Shown in pieces: positions 40,751 to 52,721 of a stretch of 64,000 nt of DNA. The stretch's first letter is position 1. Each line of letters starts with the position of its first letter. The translations under genes were made by a program, and so were the position numbers. The notes under the pieces were generated by a model. That model was not told the DNA's origin, did no database searches, and saw only the letters and a program-made list of their open reading frames with translations. The DNA comes from Raillietiella orientalis (lineage: Eukaryota), in the NCBI GenBank assembly GCA_036172245.1, contig JAYWIR010000010.1:1736001-1800000 (forward strand). The letters run 5' to 3'.

Positions 40751-41164
40751 ATTCCCGATCGACGTCTCCGTCCTTATTCTTAGGTACCAGCATGCATAAG
40801 CTCGATGCAATACAGTCACCTTTATAGTACACTGAGAGCTCCTTTGAAATTATAAAGGTCCTTAAATGATCGAAATCCTTTGGGGTTTTTTTCTGCTTCG
40901 CTGTTAGCCTTCCAGCTTTTTGGGGGGGGGGTCTTTTTTTTGTCTATCCAAGTACCTCAAGAATCGTCGCGCGTTTGGCGGCTCACTCAGCTCTTTAGCG
41001 CTGTTTCAAGCCACTCGAGGATGCGTGTTAACTCTTCAAATTAAGGGGCAACCCAGAGAGACCATCCATGAATCCAGGGAGGGCTCCGGAGAGGGGAAGC
41101 CATTCCTTTCTTACACTTGATAGAGAACCCTCACCCTGGTTGTTCCCGAGTTCCGCCCGAACAC

Positions 41165-41905
41165 AGCGAGGCATTTATTAAAACTGAAAAAACTCACAAT
41201 TTGTGGTAGGACACGTGGTCCTGCCATGCCCCGTCTGTCCATGGACCTGCCGGGTCGCTAGTACGCAGGCCAGCGGAGCTTACATCGAGAGCAGAGGAGG
41301 ATGGGGGAAAAACAAAAATAAAATAAAGAGTAAATAAAAATAAATAAAAATCTTTGGGAGGGTCAGGAAGGGATCACTGCCCACTGGAGGGAGTCTGCAT
41401 CCTTCCCAGGATGCCGACTAGATCTGTCCAAATAGGACCCAGGTAGAGCCATCCGGTCGCAATCCGCAGAAAGTGAACTGAGAACTGGAAGGCGCCTCCC
41501 CGTCTCTCCCTCTGTCGGCTTCGCTCGATGACATCACGATACCGCGGATGCAGCAAAGAGCTGCTGGGGTCGCAGATGGCTGCAAGGCACTACGCACAAA
41601 GAGAGCCATAAGATGACCCCCAAGGAACCAGACGAAATCCGGAGGGTTGTTCTGAAACATTCCCATAGGGGTCGGAGGGAAGCACAGTCCACAAACACGT
41701 GCGTAAGGAGTTCGCGTCCCCACACCTGTAGCAGTTAAAACTCATCCCCCCCCCCAGCATCCAGTGGTCCAGGCAACTGCAGAAGTGCCGAATCCTGCCA
41801 CTTTAGGCGGAGAGTGCTGCTGTTCTTGAGCACTAGCGACTACTCCAGACCTTCTCTAAGAACACCGAGCAGCCCGCCCTAGCGCTGTGGTCCCCGTAAA
41901 AAGCA
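41165..41905 (-). mobile_element. 3'-terminal fragment of the same L1/Tx1 family
   Basis: GGLLGVLREGLE*SLVLKNSSTLRLKWQDSALL aligns with GELLGIPPEEVKWPPTCWDSRTLSLEW*ETALL of the 56 kb copy. Also zf-RVT ELLTHVFVDCASLRPLW, C-terminus LVGILGRMQTPSSGQ* versus LVRILNRMQRITRGEQ*, and shared CAGTGATCCCTTCC stop context, hairpin and AATAAATGCC. Confidence 0.78.
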
Positions 41906-41945
41906 ACTCGGAGTCTCTTGGTAGGAAATCCTGAAGAGAACTCTC

Positions 41946-43732
41946 GCCCTGGTTGTCTCCGAAAAAAACCCCGAAGAGAATCTCTTCCTTATTCTTTCCG
42001 GAGGGGTCTCCCGGAAGGAGACGCTCCATTGTTTCTTCTCCGAAGGAAACCCGGGAAGGATCAACCTCTGGAATTCCTTCTCCGAAGGGGGACCAGAAAG
42101 GATCCGCTCCTTGTTTCCTCCCCTGAAGAGAACCCCGAAAAGAACGCTTTCCAATTTCCCTGGAGGGCGCACTCCGAAGGGAGCAGCGCGCTTCTTCACA
42201 CTCTGGAGAGGCATCGATCCACGGGCTATATGGCACGACATGAAGGGTCCCCCCCCATGAGGGGGAGGGACGGCTCCCTGTTTCCACAACCAGAGGGGAA
42301 CCTCAGATTCCTGGAAGAATCCCGATGGGTTCACTTCCAAACCCGGCCGGTCAAAAGGGGGCATCCGGCTTCCACCAGTGCCACGCTCGAAGCCTACAGG
42401 CCAACCAGCTCCATCCTGCGGGCAAAACTAGAAGTCTACGACGCACCCATTTCTCTGGCGTCGATTCTTTCCGAGGATTCGAGCCCGCAACCCTTGGTAC
42501 CCCGCACGGATACCGCAACCAAACGGCATCCAAGCGTCAAGGATCTCCAGGGATGGGCACCCTTCCTCATGTGCCGCTGGAATGCTCCAGAACTGGAAGC
42601 AAATCGCAGGGAAATTTCAGTTCTTCGATGCATCCCCCAAGGGATCTCTTTGAGCGCAAGTCCGTCATTCCGCACCCTTCGATCGCGTCGTGTGTCTCTG
42701 AACAGGTGCGGGCAGCTGTGGCCTCCATGATGGATACACTTTGATCTTAGCCAAAAAGGCCGAGAAGTGGTGCATTTCAGCAGCCACGATAGAGGAGAAA
42801 AGGGGTGTAGTCAGGGATTCGCCCACGAACACCGTCACCTATATGCGAAGGGTAACGAAATGACCCAATCTGGGATGTGAGGCTCGTGGAAACCTTCAAG
42901 CGGTTGCGGGCAGGCTAACCCGATACTGGGGTGAGCGCACTTCCCACCAGTGGCCGCCCCTAACCCACGCAGGCCTTCGGAAATCATACCGAGCTCCACG
43001 AGGCCGACCTCTCCCTTCCCTATTTACTTGTTGATTTTATTGGCCCTCTCTCCATGCCTCCACTCCTCCCTACTCCTGTCTCTTGCAGGTTCAATCCCTT
43101 TCTTTTCGGTCCAGCTCATGTCGGTCTCTTACAAATTGTAAACTTTTATTTATCTATCTGGAATAGATGACTCGACAATTTGCCACGAGGAGGTCAATCC
43201 GGGTCGTTTGTTTTCCGAGAAAAATAAACATACAAAGTAGATGTGTTCTACGAGACTTCTGGAGTTCAGGGAGGGGCGATGACTCCTCGATTGGCTAGAC
43301 CTAGGGGAGGTCGGGAAAAAGGCACCATAAAGAGGAAGAAACTGAGCAGAGGAAGTTGGGTAGAGGATTCCAGATGAAACCTGCTGCGTCTTCCGCAGCA
43401 TGCATATGATGCAAGCGACGTTCTCCTTGAAGCGAAAAGGGAACTTCTCTCCGCAAGTGAGGCGGCCCACTTGGTCACGTCCCTCATCAGCGAGCAGGCG
43501 TCGTGTCTGGCGCGTCCGACGCAGTGGCCGGCCACGAGCTCCTCCCGACGCCACACGGGACTCGGGGATGAGGTTCAGCAGGCGATAGAAACCGAGCGTG
43601 AAACAGCTCTGGTTGCACGGGAGACCCCGGTACACAAAGAGCAAAGTTGCGTGCTGCCACGTGAGGAGGGAAGAGATGCACGGCCAACAGAGCTGTTCAA
43701 GTAGAGGAAAGAATCTGGAATACCGGAGGCGT
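41946..43732 (+). repeat. Left arm (1,787 bp) of large inverted duplication
   Basis: Reverse complement of 45864-47650; paired coordinates sum to 89596 at both ends and for all mirrored ORFs. One substitution seen (A43007; STRPTSP versus STRPASP). Confidence 0.97.
43150..43732 (-). mobile_element. Further ORF2 C-terminal fragment of the L1/Tx1 family (duplicated at 45864-46446, + strand)
   Basis: LLEQLCWPCISSLLTWQHATLLFVYRGLPC resembles EEVKWPP...SLEW*ETALLVFHWGLLC of the 56 kb copy; followed by a T-rich tail. Confidence 0.5.
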
Positions 43733-43749
43733 CATTCTACACAAGTCTT

Positions 43750-46700
43750 GGCCTTCTAAATACGTCCATGTGATGGCGTTCTTCAGAAAATTTGTTTGTG
43801 ATGGAAATAAAGAGAACAACGAGCGTTGAGCTTCCTTGGAAAGATGCAGTGGCGCCTGAGCAATTGCTGAAAACATTGCTGACCACGGGAGCCTGCAAAT
43901 TCTTCCTCGTAAGTGAGGATTTCTTGGTCGTGGTCCATCTCGCGGGAATCACGCTCCGCGTGAAGAAACCGGATGTCATTCGAAGCGGCTGGGTCTTCGT
44001 TGTGTTGAGGATGCGGCGTCTGTCACGGCAAGAAAGGAGAAGTTCGTTGACGACGAGATGCAGCGGAGAGTCGGAGGTTGTAGGAGAGACGAAACTCGGA
44101 GCGGTCACTGCAAGGCGACGGGACAGGTTCAAAACTTATCTCTTTCCTCTGAGCGTGCCAGAGATAACGAGTGACCTAGCGAGGATGTGATGGAAGAACT
44201 GGGAGAATCAGGACAAAGGCGGAAAAGAATAGGGATTGCGCGCGTGGGAAAACAGTCAGCTTCATGCGGAGCAGATCACGCTTTCGCTTCCTACGACCGA
44301 CGATAGCATCAGGCAGAAAAATGCGCCTCTTCGACCTCGCCCTCCTTCAGCAAGTCCACAAGAATTGCGGGTGGTAGGCCACCGAAATCGAGGTGCGCGC
44401 GCCGGGTGAGCTACGAAGCTGCTCAGGCGGTGTGGTTTCCGCTTACGTGCAGGATAGCGTTTTTTGTGCGCACAACTCACAGATACGATGCTCAGGGTCC
44501 GTTTCGAAGATCTCCATTGTGCACACGTGGTCCGACGCGTTGTCTATCTCGTGGTGACCAGCGCACGCGCGTCATGCGACGAGAACCTTCGTACCGGACG
44601 GACTGGGTTACTCGGTGCTCTTGGGAGCGAAAGGCAAAGCAGAGCAGGTCCCTTCGTGGATGGCACAGGATTTCCACCTTCGTCTGCTATCGAATGGCAC
44701 TCGTTGGCAATGCCATGCAGGGCAAGTGGAGGTCGGTGCACGCGAACAGCTTGCCCAACCTACCAGCCCGGAATGCGCAGCACGGTGGACCACGTCTACC
44801 TCGACAACCACTTGTGTTTGCGGGCGGACACAAAAGGCAGAGTGACGTCGAGGCCACCAGGTCATTCTAGGATCGAGTCTAAGCTGCATCAGCCTAAGAA
44901 GGATCCTTGATGAATGTGTGGAGGCTACCAGGAGATTGACCCAAGCATTCGGATGCCACGGAGCGACCCCGCGCTTTCCGTCTTGCCTTGCAATCACCAT
45001 CCTGAAGGACTGGACTCACTTCGAAAACTCGGTCGGTCAGTTTTGCGTCTGGTATCCACCGCACCTTCTTCCCCAAGGCTTCCGGGAAGGCATTCGAGAC
45101 AACTGAGTTCTCTTACACATGAGAATCCACTGCGGACGCCCACACGTGCGCATTATGGCCAGGGCCGAACGTCGGACCTGACAATCTGGACACCCATGGC
45201 CGCTGTACGAAGAAGATATGGATCTCTCGGTTCCAGCGGAGTTTAAGAAAATCGTCCCCAACTTTTACACTTTGATATACGCAAAGAGCAACTTCGAGGA
45301 GCAGCTGCTTCCGGAAGGTGCTTTAGTGTCACCAGAAGAAAAGCGCTCACTCTTGGACAAGAGCAGGTTTTTGATGGCGAAGATCGCCGCCGCCATCGGA
45401 AAACTTAGAAAGAGCAAGGCACCAGGGGAAAATGGACTTCCAGAAAATTTTTTCTAACTTTTCGCTGCAGAATTTTGCCCCTTGAATCTCATCTTACGAC
45501 GCTGATTCGAGAGAGGACCGAGGTCTCTGCCTCCTTCCGGTCAGCTTGAGTTTGTCTCCACCCGAAAGCAGTTGCACGCAGCGTGAGCAACTGCGTCCGA
45601 TCACCATGGTGAGCTCGGACATCGAGTTGCTCTCGAAACTATGGGTCATGCGCCCAAGGCAGATTGCGAACTTCGTCGTACGCCCTATGCTGCTCCTGGG
45701 GGGAGCACGGGTAAAAAATCTGGTCTTTGTGCAGACTTGGCTTCGGCTGGAAAATAAAATGGCCCGAAAGGATCCATACCTACAGGCCAAAACTAAGGGG
45801 AACTCCAAGAATCCTGGCAATTGCAGTTGATCTCGAAAAAACGCTAGACTGCTCGAGACAGGAACGCCTCCGGTATTCCAGATTCTTTCCTCTACTTGAA
45901 CAGCTCTGTTGGCCGTGCATCTCTTCCCTCCTCACGTGGCAGCACGCAACTTTGCTCTTTGTGTACCGGGGTCTCCCGTGCAACCAGAGCTGTTTCACGC
46001 TCGGTTTCTATCGCCTGCTGAACCTCATCCCCGAGTCCCGTGTGGCGTCGGGAGGAGCTCGTGGCCGGCCACTGCGTCGGACGCGCCAGACACGACGCCT
46101 GCTCGCTGATGAGGGACGTGACCAAGTGGGCCGCCTCACTTGCGGAGAGAAGTTCCCTTTTCGCTTCAAGGAGAACGTCGCTTGCATCATATGCATGCTG
46201 CGGAAGACGCAGCAGGTTTCATCTGGAATCCTCTACCCAACTTCCTCTGCTCAGTTTCTTCCTCTTTATGGTGCCTTTTTCCCGACCTCCCCTAGGTCTA
46301 GCCAATCGAGGAGTCATCGCCCCTCCCTGAACTCCAGAAGTCTCGTAGAACACATCTACTTTGTATGTTTATTTTTCTCGGAAAACAAACGACCCGGATT
46401 GACCTCCTCGTGGCAAATTGTCGAGTCATCTATTCCAGATAGATAAATAAAAGTTTACAATTTGTAAGAGACCGACATGAGCTGGACCGAAAAGAAAGGG
46501 ATTGAACCTGCAAGAGACAGGAGTAGGGAGGAGTGGAGGCATGGAGAGAGGGCCAATAAAATCAACAAGTAAATAGGGAAGGGAGAGGCCGGCCTCGTGG
46601 AGCTCGGTATGATTTCCGAAGGCCTGCGTGGGTTAGGGGCGGCCACTGGTGGGAAGTGCGCTCACCCCAGTATCGGGTTAGCCTGCCCGCAACCGCTTGA

Positions 46701-48740
46701 AGGTTTCCACGAGCCTCACATCCCAGATTGGGTCATTTCGTTACCCTTCGCATATAGGTGACGGTGTTCGTGGGCGAATCCCTGACTACACCCCTTTTCT
46801 CCTCTATCGTGGCTGCTGAAATGCACCACTTCTCGGCCTTTTTGGCTAAGATCAAAGTGTATCCATCATGGAGGCCACAGCTGCCCGCACCTGTTCAGAG
46901 ACACACGACGCGATCGAAGGGTGCGGAATGACGGACTTGCGCTCAAAGAGATCCCTTGGGGGATGCATCGAAGAACTGAAATTTCCCTGCGATTTGCTTC
47001 CAGTTCTGGAGCATTCCAGCGGCACATGAGGAAGGGTGCCCATCCCTGGAGATCCTTGACGCTTGGATGCCGTTTGGTTGCGGTATCCGTGCGGGGTACC
47101 AAGGGTTGCGGGCTCGAATCCTCGGAAAGAATCGACGCCAGAGAAATGGGTGCGTCGTAGACTTCTAGTTTTGCCCGCAGGATGGAGCTGGTTGGCCTGT
47201 AGGCTTCGAGCGTGGCACTGGTGGAAGCCGGATGCCCCCTTTTGACCGGCCGGGTTTGGAAGTGAACCCATCGGGATTCTTCCAGGAATCTGAGGTTCCC
47301 CTCTGGTTGTGGAAACAGGGAGCCGTCCCTCCCCCTCATGGGGGGGGACCCTTCATGTCGTGCCATATAGCCCGTGGATCGATGCCTCTCCAGAGTGTGA
47401 AGAAGCGCGCTGCTCCCTTCGGAGTGCGCCCTCCAGGGAAATTGGAAAGCGTTCTTTTCGGGGTTCTCTTCAGGGGAGGAAACAAGGAGCGGATCCTTTC
47501 TGGTCCCCCTTCGGAGAAGGAATTCCAGAGGTTGATCCTTCCCGGGTTTCCTTCGGAGAAGAAACAATGGAGCGTCTCCTTCCGGGAGACCCCTCCGGAA
47601 AGAATAAGGAAGAGATTCTCTTCGGGGTTTTTTTCGGAGACAACCAGGGCCTTCCCTCGGACTGAGATTGGAGAGTCCGACCGGCACTTCTTTTGAAACT
47701 CCAACCTATACAGCTTGCCGGAAAACGAGCACTTGGTTTCGTGCAAGGGGACCTTCCCTACCTTGTAGTGCGAGGAGTACTTGCAGCCATCTATGCGCTC
47801 CCCTTAGGACCACTGCTACTCGACGCTGAAACTGTTGCAGCGCTCCACTTCCTCGTATTGTCGGAAGAGGTTTGGCTACTACCAGCTTCCGATGCAAACC
47901 GGCTATTGTGGAGCTGTATCCTTTTCCTATGTCACATCTCCTGTGTCTGGCGATCCCTTAACCCTGCTGGCTTCTTTGCTACCAAAAAGCAGCCGCATGG
48001 GAGACCACAGGAAAAACACTACACCACCACCAGCTCACAGGAATGCGTGGCAGAGGTCCTTGGGAGGTAAATTCCTTAGAACTGTTGGTCAGCAACCTCT
48101 TCTGGTACCGACTGCACGGAGAGCACAAAAAGCCCTCCTAATCAGCAGACCAAGGCCGGCACCACTGGACGAGGAGGGGAAAAGCGTCTCCGAGTTGCGA
48201 CTAGTGCGGAGGGACCGAATCGCTCCCGCCAGTCACGATGCGACTGTGAGTTCCTCGGCGCACATGACGACAGCCTTCATGCACCCAGAGCATTTCCGTT
48301 CAAGCAGCTCCATTGCGTTGCCATTTCAATCCGCATTTGCTTTCGTTTGCCTACCCGAAAGAGCTAAATGAGTAGAAAAGCGCTTCGGTACCGGAGAACG
48401 ACCGCCGTTGGTCACGCTCTTTTCCCCTTTCCTTTCCTAATGAGCGGGGTAGCACGTTGGTCTCACCTGCGCCTCGAAGCCAAGGAGAACTCCTCCTGCT
48501 TCCCAGGCAGGCTCCAAGGAAAGCGCTTCACGACTTCCCGGTGAGCACCCTCTCTGGACTCCCTTTTCCAGACCTGGGGACTTCTTACTTCACTTTTGTT
48601 TATTTATTTATCATTTTACTCATTTATCCTAGCGCCGTTGAGCCTGTTTGTGTGTGTGTTTCCCTTCTTCCATATAGCTGACCTGCGAGTCGGAGTACAT
48701 ACTCCATATCTGAACGTCGAAAATGTAAACCCTTCAATGT
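43750..48740 (+). mobile_element. Near full-length decayed L1/Tx1-clade element (ORF1-like, APE endonuclease, RT), interrupted by an inverted duplicate at 45864-47650
   Basis: APE-like motifs RIAFFVR, MAQDFH and PTYQPGMRSTVDHVYLDNHL (44450-44880). RT N-terminus AAIGKLRKSKAPGENGLPENFF, QLRPITMVSSDIELLSK and AIAVDLEKTLD (45220-45860). After the insert, VVRGVL..PLGPLLLD resembles RGVRQGCPLSPLLF. T-rich 3' region at ~48590-48740. Many stops and frameshifts; the ORF1 assignment is weak. Confidence 0.72.
45864..47650 (-). repeat. Right arm (1,787 bp) of large inverted duplication
   Basis: Reverse complement of 41946-43732; spacer of 2,131 bp between the arms. Confidence 0.97.
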
Positions 48741-51700
48741 TTATTTATGTGTGAATGAACATTCCAACGTGACTAAGTTACAAACTATTGTTGTCCGCCC
48801 ATCTGTGCTTTGGCTGCTCTGCCAAATGATTAAGAGTTGAAGGGGGGGAGGGGTCCACTTGGATTGTGCATGGATCCTCTGCATGGCTTCTGACTACTGG
48901 AGATTGCATTCAGGGCAATCGCCCTGCAAGCATTCTGTCTTCGGGTCCTCCACCGACCGAGGTTCCTCCGTTGTGCGCTGCTCCGAAGAAAACAGTTTCG
49001 GCTTCCTCTCCGATTTATGCTTCTTGTGTCCCTTGTAAAGTTTGGCGAGTTTAGTTTTCTCTCAGTGACACGACAATAGGCTAAGCAAACCTGGAAATTG
49101 TTAATGAAATCTGACGTCATCTGCATCAAGTCCCAAACCTTTGAAACCGAGAAAGAGAACGAGTAGTTCACGAAAATTGGAGAGCTCTTCCTCAGTTTGC
49201 TTGTCTATGTATGGATCATCAAACAGGTCTCACGATCTACTTCGAGAAATTCTTTATTTTTTCCCCCTCATTAATCCAGGGATCTGAGAAAGGAGTGATG
49301 GTCTCAGTCCAGGAAATTGCTCTTCCGGAAACTGTTTACCTTTGCTCTATTGACAGAGAAACCACAAATGATTTTCTCTTCGAAAATATTCCCCGCTTTT
49401 ATAAACAGGACATTGAGGTTTGAGATTTGGTATTGTAGCTGGATGGCAGTGCACCTTCTCACCAAAGATCCGATTTCTTGCAATCCTCAACAAGATGACA
49501 ACACACAGTTGTTTTTGCAAGTGTGTGTTTTCCCTCCGTACTCCTGTTAAGATTAATGATGCTTCCAAGTTCCTCCAATTATTCGATCAGATCCGTTGAG
49601 TAGTCAAATAAGCAGAATCTTGGTCAGTCTGGGTCTTTTTTTTGTATCTGTCTAGATAGAGGTCTGCCGGCATTGATCTCTCATAAGCAAATGCCCCTCT
49701 CGCTTGCCGTCTAGTCAACGATGAAATCACCTAAAAATGACTTATGGCCACGAGCGGAGCCCCCTAAGCGAACAGGGATGGTGAAAATGTTGTTTGTTAC
49801 CCCCCCCCCCCTTCATTAAGATGAAATTGGGAAAATGAAGACTCAGATGCATTTATCAGATCCGATGATTACGAAAGAATCTTCACGATAAAAAAGCAAC
49901 TAGACATTTGAACTTTTGTGTGTTACCACAGACGACGTGAGTGAAAACTGGAAATCCTTCGCGGTACAGATTGAAGAGTAGTGAAAGAAATTATATGCTT
50001 TATTATTAGCTTCCAAATAAAACGGTTATCGATTTTAAAAAAAATAACAATAAAAATAAGAGGGAATAGTCATAGAACGATTGATTGATTTTCTACAAAC
50101 AAAATCCAGGAAATACCCCTCCTTTATTCCTTAAGAATTCTTTTCTCTAGAATTCCTAAGTAAGAGGTGCTCAAAATGGTGAACCCAGAGACAAAGACAC
50201 TCCTGATAAAACATTCACCTCTATTCACCTTAGATTGAAATTATTGGCCAAACCACAGTCATTAAAATGAAATTTTGACTTTTGTCAATAAACCGATGCA
50301 TTTCCAATTCATGAACTCTTCATTTCGTCATTTTGTCATATCCTTTAAGAACTGTTCAAGAAAAAAAAGAAAGAAAAGACATATACCGAAGTAATTTGTA
50401 ATGAGAATTTTGAGCAAAGTAATCAGAAAAAAGTATTCGGCAGTATTAAAATAAAGCATTAAAATAGGATTGAAGAACGAATTTGATAACCTGTTTCAAC
50501 AAATTGGCATTGATTCATATAAAAAGATTTTTAGGTAAATGGGATTAATATCAAGGAATAAAAAAAATCGGGTAGAAGCCCTAATAACATGGGAGCTTTG
50601 GAAACTCCAGGGCACAACACAAATTCTACACAATCTTAGAAGTGCATCGTAGAATCATAATTTTGTGGCTTGGAATCGAAAATAACAGTCTAGCTGCACG
50701 AAAAATCTTTATAACTTTGTGCTTATGATGGAATGTCGATTTTTCCGAAAATTGCAAATGCTTCACATAACTTGGAATTTTATGCTAATATTAATTTTCA
50801 TAAAATGAAATTCTTTGGAAGCATAATGAATGCACAATAAAAATAAAACATCTCAAAAAAAATGTTCCTGGATTTTACAAAACTTGGATAAATTTTTTGA
50901 TATTCCTAATTTCGAGTAGTAATTAGTCAAAATTGTAAAAAGAAATTCAATTTATAACGTATTCAGGTATTGGAATTCATGTTCATTTCGTAGTTTTTCA
51001 GATCGCAAGTGTGTGGATCAGCAAATTCCAGCAGGAAATTAGTGAAATCATTTTTATATTTATGAACATTTACAGTGGATGAAAGCCACAAGGGATTTAT
51101 ATTATTCCTCTTCCAGTGAACATTTGGTGCTCAAAGCAAGTTTACAGAAAATTTTGTTGCTTCAAATCAAACACTAGACCTGCATCTTCAAACACGCAAA
51201 TTTAAAAAAAAAGAAATTCTCAATTAGAAAAAAGAATGCATACTGTCATTAATTTAAAGTTTGGCCTTCATCTCATGTTGTAAATAAGGAAAGTTCAAAA
51301 GCAAATATTTCACTGGAATTTTCAGAACTTCATCGGATTCTTGACCTTTCAAGTTTCTTCTTTTTTTTTTTTTAAATGGTATTATGAATCATGTTTGGTA
51401 CATCCTTTGAGGTACTTAATTGTCCTTGGAATGTGTGGAAACTAAAAGAATTTAGCAGAAAATACAACACAGCAATTTCATTCAGGAACAATGTAGTTAA
51501 GGTATTAGCAACGAAAAATGGAAGCAAAATTGGTGAGGAATACGCCTATTTTTTTAGTTTTTCTTTTGTTTGCTTACTCCAGCCTAGTCTTCAAGAAAAA
51601 AATTACTAAAAATATTTGACATTAAAAGAGCACATATGACAAGAGCGAAATACTTTTCGTTCGTGTTAATTGATGTGTGTTCCACCTTCATTTCGAGCAT

Positions 51701-52721
51701 GTGAGAAGTACTTTGAAAGTAAACTTGTAAATATTGTTACTCATCGTTATGTATTGTAATACGAATGAACATGCTTTAAGAAGCGAAGACTGAGAAGAGA
51801 CTTTTGCAAAGGCGAGGTATCATAACCGTATACTTTGAATAGTTTGATTGTTTCCAAAGCTTGTAAAAATTCCTTACTACTTGATTAGCGAACACTCTAT
51901 TGCTTAGAAAACGTACCACATATTAAGCAATAGTATTTTTTACTCAAAAGTATAAAATTACTGAACCTAATGTGTTTTCGCTACAAAGCTACTGAACGGA
52001 TTAGCCAGATTGTAATATACTAACTTTCAACAAACTCCTCGTTAATGAATTCCTGTTAATTGTTTCGTTTTGTGTAATTAAAGTGTTCATGAACATAAAA
52101 CAAGCGAGAATGAGAACTAATGTGTAGGCGCCATGCCGATGAAACGTTTTAGATCTGAATACGTGCCACAGTGTTTGATATGTAAACAAGACATTGTTCA
52201 TGAAGTATACAAACGAAATACCTTGTTGCTACTTTGCTTTGTGTATGTTGTTTTTGCATTGCAGCATATATGTTTATGATTTATTGATGGTCGCGGCATT
52301 GGAAGTTTACTTAATGAAAAAAAAAAAAAATAACAGTTGGCATTAAAGAGTTAATTGATAAATTTTAAGTCATTAAATTTTATAAATTATGTATGTTTTA
52401 TCCATAGCGTTAATAAAATAGCTTAATACAAGCATCTGTCAAACACATGACAGTTTTGTAACACCAAAAGTATGCCTACATTAAATGTATATATTTATAG
52501 ATTCTTGTTCAATCATGAATCGCAATTTTAGTTTAATCAGTTGAAAAGTGCTTGAGTTGTGGAATCAAGTTGAGGATCATATTAGCTGTAACATATTGGG
52601 TAAACTGAAGGAAAAAAGCTGAGATGTTGATTTTTAAGAACCATAAAAATCCCACAGCTTCAAAGCTTAAAGATCACTGGTAAATAAGTGCTTTTCCATC
52701 TGATTTAATTTTTTGTCACAG

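Noticed and set aside
41950..42190. Regularly spaced ~40 nt repeats suggestive of a CRISPR array
   Set aside because: The units are degenerate tandem repeats without constant repeat plus unique spacer structure, in a eukaryotic context with no cas genes.
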